Virus record (IMG/VR): IMGVR_UViG_3300029704_000004
Direction: 5' to 3' (one strand)
Length of the DNA: 64,000 nt
Source: a virus
Below the pieces are notes generated by a model. It saw only the letters and a list, made by a program, of their open reading frames with translations, searched no databases and was not told the origin of the DNA. Below are positions 44,860 to 54,024 of this stretch, one piece after another. The translations under genes were made by a program, and so were the position numbers. The first letter of the stretch is position 1. Every line of letters begins with the position of its first letter.

Positions 44860-45828
44860 TTAGAATGGCATGTCAGTTTGACTAGTTGGGTCAAAACTAC
44901 CAACACCAGCCATCATGTCGTTACCAGCTGTAGGAGGAACAATAGCAGCACCACCAGGCATACCAGGAATACCAGGAGCACCGATAGTTGGAGCTTTAGG
45001 TTCAGTATCCTTTGGAGTAATTGATTCCTTAACCTTATCTACAGTCAAAATAACTGGAGGAAGAATCTGATTATCTTTCATCTTAACAATCTCGACAAAA
45101 CCATTGCCAACAAATGAAGGGAAAGACAAATCTTTACTCTTGTCAACATCTACCCAAGAACCTTTACGATTACGAATTGCACGAAGAAGTTTAATCCAAC
45201 AATTAATGAACTTACCATTAGCGTCCTTAAAGCAAGGCTTAGCAACTGCACCATCAGCAAGATTAAACTGACCATTAAGCATAGCAGCAGCGTTGTCAAA
45301 CATCTTACGATAACCATCGAGAACTGCCTGAGCATCTACTGCTTCATACTCAACATTACCATTCTCATCTTCTGTGAAATCAACAAAATCAAGAGTAAGT
45401 GCATCTTCCTCTTCAATAGTCATTTCACGACCCTTGAAATAGAACACATCAAGAATATGCTTAATAGTATTAAGTACATTATCTACTTGCCATGCTTTAT
45501 CTCCATTAGGAATAGTATCAACATTACTCTCAATAGGGAATAATGTCTTAACTGCATAACGACGTTCCTTTGCATCAGTATGATTACTTGCGAATGTAAA
45601 TACCAAACGAGGCATCTTCAAACCAGCAAAAGAATTACCATCTGCACTCTGAGACCATTCAACAGATACAGAATCAAGATGAGCCATAAATAAACCATTC
45701 TGAGCAGCATCTTTCTCATGGAACTTCAAACGGCTTACTGCCTGAGTGTTGTTATTAATACCTCTACGATTTACTTTCTTTGCAGCACCCTGCGCATTAG
45801 CTGCTGCACTATTAACCTTTTCTGTCAT
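44860..45828 (-). CDS. ssb: single-stranded DNA-binding protein
   Basis: The C-terminus ...DPTSQTDMPF matches the acidic D-x-PF SSB tail, preceded by a Gly/Pro-rich linker. Codon usage is GC-richer (highly-expressed style). Own terminator. Confidence 0.55.
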   Translation of the reverse strand: MTEKVNSAAANAQGAAKKVNRRGINNNTQAVSRLKFHEKDAAQNGLFMAHLDSVSVEWSQSADGNSFAGLKMPRLVFTFASNHTDAKERRYAVKTLFPIESNVDTIPNGDKAWQVDNVLNTIKHILDVFYFKGREMTIEEEDALTLDFVDFTEDENGNVEYEAVDAQAVLDGYRKMFDNAAAMLNGQFNLADGAVAKPCFKDANGKFINCWIKLLRAIRNRKGSWVDVDKSKDLSFPSFVGNGFVEIVKMKDNQILPPVILTVDKVKESITPKDTEPKAPTIGAPGIPGMPGGAAIVPPTAGNDMMAGVGSFDPTSQTDMPF

Positions 45829-45865
45829 AACTTAATTAAGTTTTAAAACGTTTATAAAATTGACT

Positions 45866-45896
45866 AAAAAAGGGAGAAGATTATTATTCTTCTCCC
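45866..45896 (-). terminator. intrinsic terminator (minus strand)
   Basis: 9-bp stem GGGAGAAGA / TCTTCTCCC with loop TTATTAT. The plus-strand A6 run gives the U-run on the minus RNA. Confidence 0.75.
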
Positions 45897-45928
45897 TCAT
45901 AAATAAGATTTTTATTTAATGAATGAAA

Positions 45929-46753
45929 TTACTCTGCATCTGGTTCTGCATCCTCAGCGTCACCTTTCTTACCGGTACGAGAAGGAACTTCATCCTTATA
46001 CTCGCCAAGAGCATAGAATGTAATATCTACATCGTCCTTACCATTATTGTACTTAGAAACAATAGGGTTCTTGATATCTACATCAAATATACGCTTCATA
46101 GAAGTCTTGTCCTCAAGGTCTGACTTCAACTGCTCCCAGTTGTTAGTATCAGAGAATGAAAGCTTCAAACCAGTACCAGTTGCAGTACCACTTGCAGCAA
46201 GCTTACAACCACTTACAGACTGCATCTGTGGAGAAGGCATATCATCTACCTTGAAAGCAGCCTTAATTTCCTCATCGGTAGCAGTCTCAGCAAGTTCATA
46301 AGCAGCAATCAACTTATCACGATTATTCTTGATAACCTCATCTACATGCTCATCGAAGTACTTCTTCTTCTCTTCCTTTGTAAGACGAACATTAACCATA
46401 ATAGGCTCACCTGTCTTCTTAAACATTGGAACACCCTTAGCAATATACCAAGTTGTAATAGCTGCTACACAAGCAGAAGTACCCTCTGGAGTATCAAGGT
46501 CAAAACCATTGTTCTGAGCAAACTCAACGATTGCATCAACACGATTAATTACAGCTTTCTCTACATCTGCTGCATCATTAGCAAACATAATGTTGTCACC
46601 AGGCAAAAGACCAAGAGCCTTAGAAACTGCTCCTGAAATATTGAAACCGCCCTTTGTACTAGAAGCAACCAAAACTGGCTCTGTGATAACTGAGCTAACC
46701 TTAACACCACTTGCAACTACATTAATACCGAATGATAAACCGTTAATCTTCAT
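45929..46753 (-). CDS. abundant-type hypothetical protein with acidic C-terminus
   Basis: 274 aa, GC-richer codon usage, tail GDAEDAEPDAE, flanked by its own terminator. Confidence 0.6.
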   Translation of the reverse strand: MKINGLSFGINVVASGVKVSSVITEPVLVASSTKGGFNISGAVSKALGLLPGDNIMFANDAADVEKAVINRVDAIVEFAQNNGFDLDTPEGTSACVAAITTWYIAKGVPMFKKTGEPIMVNVRLTKEEKKKYFDEHVDEVIKNNRDKLIAAYELAETATDEEIKAAFKVDDMPSPQMQSVSGCKLAASGTATGTGLKLSFSDTNNWEQLKSDLEDKTSMKRIFDVDIKNPIVSKYNNGKDDVDITFYALGEYKDEVPSRTGKKGDAEDAEPDAE

Positions 46754-46824
46754 AACTTTAAATATTTAAATTGTTAATAATAAATTATAGTATAATACTA
46801 TTTAATAAACTCTATTTTAAATCC

Positions 46825-47772
46825 TTATTCTGTAGGAGTAACATCTTCTGTTAAATCTTCTACGTTTACAAAGTTGTCAACATTAGGATTTGTATTGTTA
46901 ACTACTTCGGATAATTCATCATCAGACATACAACCCATTAAAATATCGCCAGCTATTTCTCTAGCTCCATAGAAAAAGGCTCTATGTCCAATCATTATTC
47001 TAGTGTACTTTTTAAAAGTATCTTTAGTAAACAAGTCAGCTTGTGCAGCTTCAACATAAGAGAAATGACCAGTTGCATGAGTTTCAATTACTTTGCCATA
47101 TATCTTCTTATATCTTGTAAACTTGTACTCAGTCACAAAATCAATAGGTTTAGCTGCTGTTCTAACTACAGGATAATTACCTTCTTGAGCTACTTTAGTA
47201 GCTTGAATTGTATTAATACACTTAACACATTTACTAGATATTTGAAATTCATCATAAATATTACCTTTCAAATCTATATAATATCTAAGTGGATAAACAC
47301 CAATAACATCATCAGTAGTTTTACTTTCAGCTTCTTTCTGATTTCGACATTTAACACAATAATCTGGGAGATGTGTTTCATCGTAAACACTATTACCATC
47401 AGTATATTTATACTGAGGTACATAATCTTTTGTTATTTCCCAGACTATACCTGCCCTTGATAACAGTGCTTTAGCGATGTGAACGTCAAGACCAGTTTTT
47501 CCATTAATAACATGAATATGTTCTATACAAGTACTAAATGGTAAGCGTAAGTCTTGTGCTCGCATTAAAATTGCAAGACCTTCATTCACACTTTTAACTC
47601 CACCTTTATCAGTAGCAATAATCTTCTTTAGAAATACTTCTGCATTTGCAAGTTGTTTCTCATCTAGAAGATTTAGAACTCTGATACCTGTATTAACATC
47701 ATCATGTCTAACAGATAAACCATGACTTTCTTCGGTTTTTGTTTCAACTTCATTCATTATTTCAAAGAGCAA
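46825..47772 (-). CDS. RecT-like single-strand annealing protein
   Basis: NEGLAILMRAQDLRLPFSTCIEHIHVINGKTGLDVHIAKALLSRAGI resembles the RecT core pattern. Next to the SSB gene. Confidence 0.45.
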   Translation of the reverse strand: MLFEIMNEVETKTEESHGLSVRHDDVNTGIRVLNLLDEKQLANAEVFLKKIIATDKGGVKSVNEGLAILMRAQDLRLPFSTCIEHIHVINGKTGLDVHIAKALLSRAGIVWEITKDYVPQYKYTDGNSVYDETHLPDYCVKCRNQKEAESKTTDDVIGVYPLRYYIDLKGNIYDEFQISSKCVKCINTIQATKVAQEGNYPVVRTAAKPIDFVTEYKFTRYKKIYGKVIETHATGHFSYVEAAQADLFTKDTFKKYTRIMIGHRAFFYGAREIAGDILMGCMSDDELSEVVNNTNPNVDNFVNVEDLTEDVTPTE

Positions 47773-47797
47773 TTATATTTGTTTCTTATTTACGCTG

Positions 47798-47805
47798 CAA
47801 AGATA
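47798..47805 (-). promoter_or_regulatory. Bacteroidetes-type -7 box (minus strand TATCTTTG)
   Basis: Minus strand reads ATGCTTATCTTTGCAGCG, 26 nt upstream of the ATG at 47772. Confidence 0.6.
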
Positions 47806-47816
47806 AGCATAATTTT

Positions 47817-49229
47817 TCAATCTACAATACAATAATCATAATTATTATCACTTTTAACTTCAATTTCAGTTTTATTAAGAATTAGATGATTTGCGCCATT
47901 AACACGCTCATCTAGTTTTTTCTCCTCTAAAGAGCCTTTATAATATAAGGTGTATAATTGTACCTCCTTTGCGAATTGAACCTTTGAGAGCCTATATAAG
48001 TAGGTCTCCATGGTATCACACAACGGCGACGTAATTACAACAACGTCTACATTTACGGCTAAATCCTTATCGGGAGAAGCATTTGTAGACAAAACGTGAA
48101 TAGCACCTTTGTTCATCAACTTTTGAGCTAAATTTTTCTGAGATTTTACACCAAGCATTTTTGGTTTTCCCTTATTAACTCCACTCTTAATTAGAACTTC
48201 ATTTCCATTATCATCAATAGCAGGAATATTTTCTACTTTATCGTGATAATTATAACAAGTATTATAATGAGTATTATCATTAATATATTTAGTTACTTCA
48301 TTTGCAAAGTCACCATGTTTATTAATAATAAGAATATTCTTATCTGCATTGTCTTCAACAATCTTTAAAATATAACTAAGTTTCTCATCAGAAGAAGCAA
48401 GAGCAAGACTTCTACTTCTAATAATTTCGTATATTCCACTAGCACGTTCTTTAAGGGCATTTGGAGAATAAAGTTCGTCTATTTCAATATTAAATTGAAT
48501 AGTCATATCAAGATTCTCATTCCAACCATTTTGACGAGCTATGTTATAACATACAGCCATACTAGAACTATTAGTATTACTATTACCTAGACGAGCCATC
48601 TTAATTGTTTCAAAGTCACCAAAGATAGCTATAGCAGTAGATATTTCTTTATTATAATAGTCAAGTTTCTTTTTAAGATTACTATCTTCATCTATAATCA
48701 AAGGAACTAATACTTCTTTTACGGGGCGGCTAGAACGGATTTCATCTACACTAGCTTGATTATAATAACCAACTCTAGGAATTAGATTATTAATTTGTTC
48801 TAACTTACCAGTAAGTAGAGTTGATGATAATACCAACTTAAACTTTGCTTTGTCTAGCAGACCTACATAACAATAAAGACATTCTTTAGGATTATAAATA
48901 ACCACTAAAGTAGGATTTAGATGACTAAATATATCTGTAGCTTCACTAACAGTTAAAATTTTAATCAATCCTCTAGTAATAAAATTACTATAAACATTAG
49001 AATGAACAGGTTCGCTCTTATGTAATAGATAATCTTTAACTTTGTCTTTATCTACAAAGTCTGCAACTACAATATCAGTCTCTATTGTAGGACTTTTATT
49101 ATACATTGCAGGAAGTATCATCAATAAAGGTCTAAGAACATCTAAAGGAGCAGGAATTATAAAAGTTCCAATTCCTTTATTCATTCTCCATTGATAAACA
49201 CTTTTTTCATGCAATTCTTCTTCTGTCAT
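47817..49229 (-). CDS. SF2 helicase-like protein (C-terminal helicase domain pattern, no Walker A seen)
   Basis: NILIINKHGDFANEVTKYIN ... LMNKGAIHVLSTNASPDKDLAVNVDVVVITSP ... YLYRLSKV resembles helicase motifs IV-VI. No GxxxxGK[ST] found. Carries motif copy 12. Confidence 0.4.
   Translation of the reverse strand: MTEEELHEKSVYQWRMNKGIGTFIIPAPLDVLRPLLMILPAMYNKSPTIETDIVVADFVDKDKVKDYLLHKSEPVHSNVYSNFITRGLIKILTVSEATDIFSHLNPTLVVIYNPKECLYCYVGLLDKAKFKLVLSSTLLTGKLEQINNLIPRVGYYNQASVDEIRSSRPVKEVLVPLIIDEDSNLKKKLDYYNKEISTAIAIFGDFETIKMARLGNSNTNSSSMAVCYNIARQNGWNENLDMTIQFNIEIDELYSPNALKERASGIYEIIRSRSLALASSDEKLSYILKIVEDNADKNILIINKHGDFANEVTKYINDNTHYNTCYNYHDKVENIPAIDDNGNEVLIKSGVNKGKPKMLGVKSQKNLAQKLMNKGAIHVLSTNASPDKDLAVNVDVVVITSPLCDTMETYLYRLSKVQFAKEVQLYTLYYKGSLEEKKLDERVNGANHLILNKTEIEVKSDNNYDYCIVD
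48711..48736 (+). repeat. GC-rich motif family, copy 12 (+)
   Basis: TACTTCTTTTACGGGGCGGCTAGAAC. Translated on the minus strand as SSRPVKEV. Confidence 0.9.
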
Positions 49230-50290
49230 TGTTCTTCTTCATTATCAAATAAATCATTATATAATCCAAAATTCTTCTTTAACAAAGATTTTCCACTGAG
49301 AGTTTTATTCTTTGAATTACCTTTCTGATTAGGACTTATTCCGAGCTTAATAGGATTAATAATCTTATAAGCTTCTTCATAATAATAAGCATAATCTATA
49401 TTACGCTCACTAATATCTTTATCATCAAGTAAATTAAGAATTTGTACTGGTTTTCCACTAGCTAAAACACTACGAGCACCAGTAGTTACGTGTTCTTTCA
49501 TAATCACAACTCCTTTAGTAGAAACATAAAATCTAACATGACGTTGACTATGTATATCTACTACTTTTCCGTCAACTACTTTTTGATAAACAACTTCAAA
49601 TTGTCTACCTACATTTTGAGTTTTACAGAAATCAAGAATATCTTTATGATTACGAAGCGTTTCCATTACAGATTTACCATGAGCAAAATACTCAAATACA
49701 GCAGTAGCTACAACTGGCATATCATATCCTTTTTTAAGGTCTTTGATATACTGTTTTGGGTCTAGTGCTCCTTTATACTCAATTTTATCGTTACTTTGAA
49801 TATCAAAATAGTTATTCACATTTAAGCTAACAAGCATCTTGTAATGTTCATCATCAGCAGACATCTTATTAGTTTCATTCCATTCTTTACAAATTTGATT
49901 ATAAACATCAACTTTGTCATAAGGAAGTTTTATAACGATACCATCAGTATTTGCACTAACTACATGTATTCCTGCTAATTCAAGAGATTCACAAAGAGTC
50001 ATTGTCATTAACTGACCATTAATTGTAACTCTCATTTGTGCAAGTCTATCATAAAGCCAGAAATTTTCATAGCCATACTTTCCGTAAATAGCATTGATTA
50101 CAATCTTCAATGCTTCTGCTGCAAGTTTATTATGAACTCCTGGTACTACAAAACCATCTTTATCGTCTGTATGTTTACATTTAACACGAGTTTGTTTAAA
50201 GTAATCTACCATTTTTGCAAACACCTTACGATTAAGATGTGCAGGTACTACTTCATAACTTATCATTATACTCGGATAATATGATGTATA
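49226..50290 (-). CDS. family B DNA polymerase, exon 2
   Basis: Begins YTSYYPSIM (second half of motif A DxxSLYPS). LKIVINAIYGKYG is motif B (KxxxNSxYG). VSANTDGIVI is motif C (DTD-like). Confidence 0.8.
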   Translation of the reverse strand, partial: YTSYYPSIMISYEVVPAHLNRKVFAKMVDYFKQTRVKCKHTDDKDGFVVPGVHNKLAAEALKIVINAIYGKYGYENFWLYDRLAQMRVTINGQLMTMTLCESLELAGIHVVSANTDGIVIKLPYDKVDVYNQICKEWNETNKMSADDEHYKMLVSLNVNNYFDIQSNDKIEYKGALDPKQYIKDLKKGYDMPVVATAVFEYFAHGKSVMETLRNHKDILDFCKTQNVGRQFEVVYQKVVDGKVVDIHSQRHVRFYVSTKGVVIMKEHVTTGARSVLASGKPVQILNLLDDKDISERNIDYAYYYEEAYKIINPIKLGISPNQKGNSKNKTLSGKSLLKKNFGLYNDLFDNEEEQ

Positions 50291-51381
50291 CAAATTTGTT
50301 AATCTACATATTTCTATGTAGTTCAGACTATATCTTCATTGCGCACCATAATAGTTCTTTCTCTACCCTTACCACTAGTAATAACATTTCCAGCATCATC
50401 AAGATAATGCCAAATATATCCTTTACCAGTCTTTTTAGAACCATTACAACAACCTAATAATGTGGATTTTGCAAGTCCACTAGCTTTACAAGCTTCATCG
50501 CTATTTTCATATTCAGCAATCTTATGACCATCATATCTATCAAATTGACCAATACGATTAAATTTAAGTTTCCTCATCTTTTCACGGAACTCTTTAGTTT
50601 TATGAGTTTCGTGAGATTGAGTAGCCCAAGCTAAACGTTGACTATCAGAATGATAAGTATCTTTAATCATAAGATTATATAGTTTAGACAAACCATAAGA
50701 CTTTTGATAATCTCTTTCTTTTTCAAATAGATTTTCATTAGTCTCTTCAAGTATGCTAACTTTGAATTTATCTATACCATATTTATTATAATCAGCTTGT
50801 AATCTTTTATTAGGATGATTACCTAGTCTAAGATTACTATAATGTTTTACTACACGTTTATAAATATCTTTAGAAGAACCAATATAATTTTGATTATTTA
50901 TTTCACAAGTGATACAATAAATACCACTTTTATCTTTTAAATGAGTAAAATAACCATAATATACATTTTGATTACTTCTAACTTTACCATAACCGTTAAA
51001 CCCATCAGGAGTAGCATTTTTATGTTTTCTACTTACCTTAATCTTAGACACATCAAATACTAACTTTAATTTCGACAAATCTTTCATAATCTTTATAATT
51101 TAAATTATTAATAAAACACTGTGAAACAAAGGTAATATCTTTTGGGTAATAACACAATGCAAGGTGCTTCGATTTAAATAAATTTAAACCTACGTCTTAC
51201 GACTAGTCGTTGAACCTTCTTCCTTATTAGGAAGCTCGGCTGCGGATTGTCCAATATTATCTTCTTTTACTATACTCTCAGTCTTTCTCTGAGACCAACA
51301 TCTGCATTACTGCGATGATTAGTGAGATAATCTCTAAGGAGTTCCCCGTCAATTCACCTTGTTTAATCACGACTTACATCA
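50291..51381 (-). mobile_element. group I intron carrying a GIY-YIG homing endonuclease gene
   Basis: 1091 nt split polB motif A. Exon 1 ends ...CACGAU and pairs with the intron's GUCGUG (51368-51373), a P1 helix with a U-G pair at the splice site. The intron's last nucleotide is G (50291). Splicing restores the frame HHD|YTSYYPS. The 51088-51381 segment is GC-richer and structured. Confidence 0.7.
50323..51087 (-). CDS. GIY-YIG homing endonuclease (intron-encoded)
   Basis: SGIYCITCEINNQNYIGSSKDIYKRVVKHYSNL gives GIY-N10-YIG plus conserved R and H. The C-terminal ACKASGLAKSTLLGCCNGSKKTGKGYIWHY resembles NUMOD/IENR1-type DNA-binding modules. Confidence 0.8.
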   Translation of the reverse strand: MKDLSKLKLVFDVSKIKVSRKHKNATPDGFNGYGKVRSNQNVYYGYFTHLKDKSGIYCITCEINNQNYIGSSKDIYKRVVKHYSNLRLGNHPNKRLQADYNKYGIDKFKVSILEETNENLFEKERDYQKSYGLSKLYNLMIKDTYHSDSQRLAWATQSHETHKTKEFREKMRKLKFNRIGQFDRYDGHKIAEYENSDEACKASGLAKSTLLGCCNGSKKTGKGYIWHYLDDAGNVITSGKGRERTIMVRNEDIV

Positions 51382-52590
51382 ATCGTGATGAACATAAACA
51401 TATTTATCAGTACTTTTAAGTATTACAGGCTTGTCTTGAGTATGAATACCACCAGTTGCTAGAGTATACGTTGTACCATAAAATTCTATTTCACGTACAA
51501 AACTATCTTTATTAGTTCTATATATAACAACTTTCTTCATTTCTTCAAGTAAATCTTGAAGTTGTTTAGTCTTAAACTTAATATGAGGAAATATTATTTT
51601 ATTAAAACTAAGAGCAGTTCTTTGTGTACGAAGATTTTTAAAAGCATCTTCATGCAAACCACTACGTTCAGCATAAAACTTATTTAATAGTTTATCTGCA
51701 ATATTACTTCTAGCACTACATAAGAAGTTTATTCTATAAGCGTGACCAAGACTATATCTAAGTATAACTTCATCAGGCTTTTGTCTTACCATTTCACAAC
51801 AAAGAAATACATCATTCTTATTATAATGTAACATAGGTTCAACATACTTAGGAAGAAGATACCTATTAAAATCAGCAGTAATCAAATGATTTAATTGTTC
51901 ATTAGTCATACCTCTATAAGCATCTCTTTTTCTATATATATCACCTTCTTCATCATCAATAGGAGGAAGTTTAAAATCAAGAAGATTATACCATTTAAGA
52001 TTAATACTAACTTGTTTTAAACTTTTACCATACTTCTTACGTTCACCAGTGTCTTTATCTATATTCACTCCAGCAGAATTAAGAGCAAATATCTTAAACA
52101 AATCTACAGTTACATAATGAACTCTATACTTACGAATAAGATTTAACAGTTTATCTTGCCATAAAGCATCTTTATCATCTTGTAATGATATAATTTTATC
52201 ATTCACTTCTTTAAGAAATGAACAAAGTTGTTTTGTATTATCAAAACGATTCCAATACATTAGAAATGCTTTAATCAATATATCATCATATCCTTGATTG
52301 TTATAACCATATAAATCATATCTGTCAACAGAACCATCTTCATGTTCTACAGGTCTCATTTTTTCAAAGAAATCTATAATACTCAACATTTGAGAATCAT
52401 CTGTATCACTAACATAAAATATCCAGCTTTTTACACTATCAAGTCTAGATGTTATTTCTTCAACTGTTAAACTATCAGTAAGAGCACCTTTACAATCTGC
52501 AAATTTATCAAGATAATCTTTTAAATCTACAAAAGTAAACGAAATCATATTCTCAAAGACTTCCAAGTCCACACATAAACTATGTATCAT
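51382..52590 (-). CDS. family B DNA polymerase, exon 1 (3'-5' exonuclease domain)
   Basis: ExoI VDLEVF, ExoII YNNQGYDDILI, ExoIII YNKNDVFL. Ends ...YVYVHHD (the D of motif A). The track end at 51379 includes an in-intron TGA. Confidence 0.8.
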
Positions 52591-53149
52591 TTAATATATT
52601 AACTATTTCCATTCCATTATAATTATTATCTTTATTAGCACTAATCCATTTAATTAGACGATTACAAAATTCTTTGTATTTACTATCATCTATGAATTTA
52701 ATAAAAGGAGAGTAATTTGTACTATAAACAAAAGGAGCAACATGATATAGTTTATCTTTACCTTTAGTAATATCAAAACCAAAATCAGTAGCAGCTCTAC
52801 CGAGAACCATTATCTTTTTAATATTATTTATTCTTATATCAGCAAATGTATGTAGCATACATCTACGAACTATACTTTCGTTTATAGGACATTTATCATC
52901 AAGCTTACAACGAATAAGTGGAACAATAAAGGGGACTAGTTGCTCTAGCCCCCCCGTAAAAGGTGTAATAACCTCATTTATTATCTCAACATACTTACTA
53001 AATGTCATTCCTCTATTCTTATAAGCATTGTAATCAACATTTGGTACAACAATAATCATACCAGACATTGGATTACCAACACCACTAAGACATTTACACT
53101 TAGTATTAAACATACCTAAAGGACAACCTTCACATACTTTAGGAATCAT
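52580..53149 (-). CDS. uracil-DNA glycosylase-like protein (family 4-like, divergent)
   Basis: N-terminal CEGCPL as in family 4 UDGs, and position next to polB. The canonical GExPG motif is not seen. Carries motif copy 13. Confidence 0.35.
   Translation of the reverse strand: MIPKVCEGCPLGMFNTKCKCLSGVGNPMSGMIIVVPNVDYNAYKNRGMTFSKYVEIINEVITPFTGGLEQLVPFIVPLIRCKLDDKCPINESIVRRCMLHTFADIRINNIKKIMVLGRAATDFGFDITKGKDKLYHVAPFVYSTNYSPFIKFIDDSKYKEFCNRLIKWISANKDNNYNGMEIVNILNDT
52943..52967 (-). repeat. GC-rich motif family, copy 13 (-)
   Basis: Plus strand reads CTCTAGCCCCCCCGTAAAAGGTGTA. Translated on the minus strand as TPFTGGLEQ. The adjacent GGGGACTAG (52931-52939) can pair with CTAGCCCC. Confidence 0.9.
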
Positions 53150-53194
53150 AATTACTTAGTATCTAAAATTAATCACTTTTTCATAATTAATTAA

Positions 53195-53587
53195 TTAATC
53201 TTTACTAGGTTCAACATAATCTTCTACTTTCTCATAATGCCCAACAGCATAATTATCATGTATAGAAGCAATAAACATGAATATATTATCACGTTTGCCC
53301 CAAGTTTTATCTAGTTTACGTTTGTAACCATAAACAATAACTGTACCATCAACGCTAGCTTCAAGTTTAGCAACTTTATAATACTGACGTTTAACACCCC
53401 AAGCATTATTAGATTCAGTTACATAAACATCACCAACTTTAATAGGACAATTAACAAGAATATCAGCAGTTGCTGCTTCGTTAAGAGCATTCATACGATT
53501 CTGATAATCTTTCTTTATTTCATCTTCTTTATTAATGTAACATTGTACACGTTCTTTAAAAGAAGGAATATTACTTGTATTACACAT
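53195..53587 (-). CDS. hypothetical protein, paralog family with 56318..56626
   Basis: KKDYQNRMNALNEAATADILVNCPIKVGDVYV compared with RKDYNNRIKNLTNKFFKDNNIPLKVGDRVMV. Confidence 0.55.
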   Translation of the reverse strand: MCNTSNIPSFKERVQCYINKEDEIKKDYQNRMNALNEAATADILVNCPIKVGDVYVTESNNAWGVKRQYYKVAKLEASVDGTVIVYGYKRKLDKTWGKRDNIFMFIASIHDNYAVGHYEKVEDYVEPSKD

Positions 53588-53616
53588 AGTTTATTTAATA
53601 TTTTAAATTCTAATTT

Positions 53617-53643
53617 ACATACCTTTTACGGGGCGGCTTTATG
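53617..53643 (+). repeat. GC-rich motif family, copy 14 (+), intergenic
   Basis: ACATACCTTTTACGGGGCGGCTTTATG. Confidence 0.9.
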
Positions 53644-53654
53644 ATTAATCATGC

Positions 53655-53670
53655 CACACCCATAAAGGGC
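53655..53670 (-). repeat. degenerate motif copy (-), partner of copy 14
   Basis: CACACCCATAAAGGGC compared with CCGCCCCGTAAAAGG. CATAAAG pairs with CTTTATG of copy 14. Confidence 0.4.
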
Positions 53671-53706
53671 TTAAATCACAAATAAATACGCATTATGCGA
53701 ATTTCG

Positions 53707-54024
53707 CTAGCGTACACGTAGAGTAATTGACCATTCTGCCAGGTCGAAATCGAAAGGTGTGTTAACATTCTCAGGTATTATAGTTATAAGTTTATGAACT
53801 TCATTATCAGCTTTAATAACTGCTTTAGCACCAACTACAACACCATAAAGTTTATTAATTCTACCTTTATTCTCAAGCTTTACAGAATCATTAACTTCAA
53901 GGTTAGAATTTCTAAGAACTACATCAGCTATTACATTTTCGTAATATTTAATTTGTTCTTTACAATCTTCTATTCCTTTAAGAAATTTTCTATAATCTAA
54001 AGGATTTAAATTAACTTCATCCAT
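53707..54024 (-). CDS. hypothetical small protein
   Basis: 105-aa ORF with an 8-nt overlap to the helicase gene. Confidence 0.55.
   Translation of the reverse strand: MDEVNLNPLDYRKFLKGIEDCKEQIKYYENVIADVVLRNSNLEVNDSVKLENKGRINKLYGVVVGAKAVIKADNEVHKLITIIPENVNTPFDFDLAEWSITLRVR

Noticed and set aside
205-47460. Dozens of 60-220-aa ORFs in the track lie antisense to, or out of frame within, the long genes. Examples are 205..417, 6755..7039, 21176..21652, 23816..24472, 30257..30910, 35977..36465, 38538..39176, 44129..44686 and 46984..47460.
   Set aside because: They lie entirely inside ORFs with recognisable domains or much greater length. Their I/L/F/N/K/S/T-rich low-complexity translations are what AT-rich antisense strands produce, and none has its own promoter, RBS context or motif.
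50291-51381. Intein or two-subunit polymerase as the explanation for the split polB.
   Set aside because: The insert has stop codons in the polymerase frame, its own separately initiated GIY-YIG ORF, a P1-type pairing with a U-G at the 5' junction, and a terminal G. These are features of a group I intron, not an in-frame intein.
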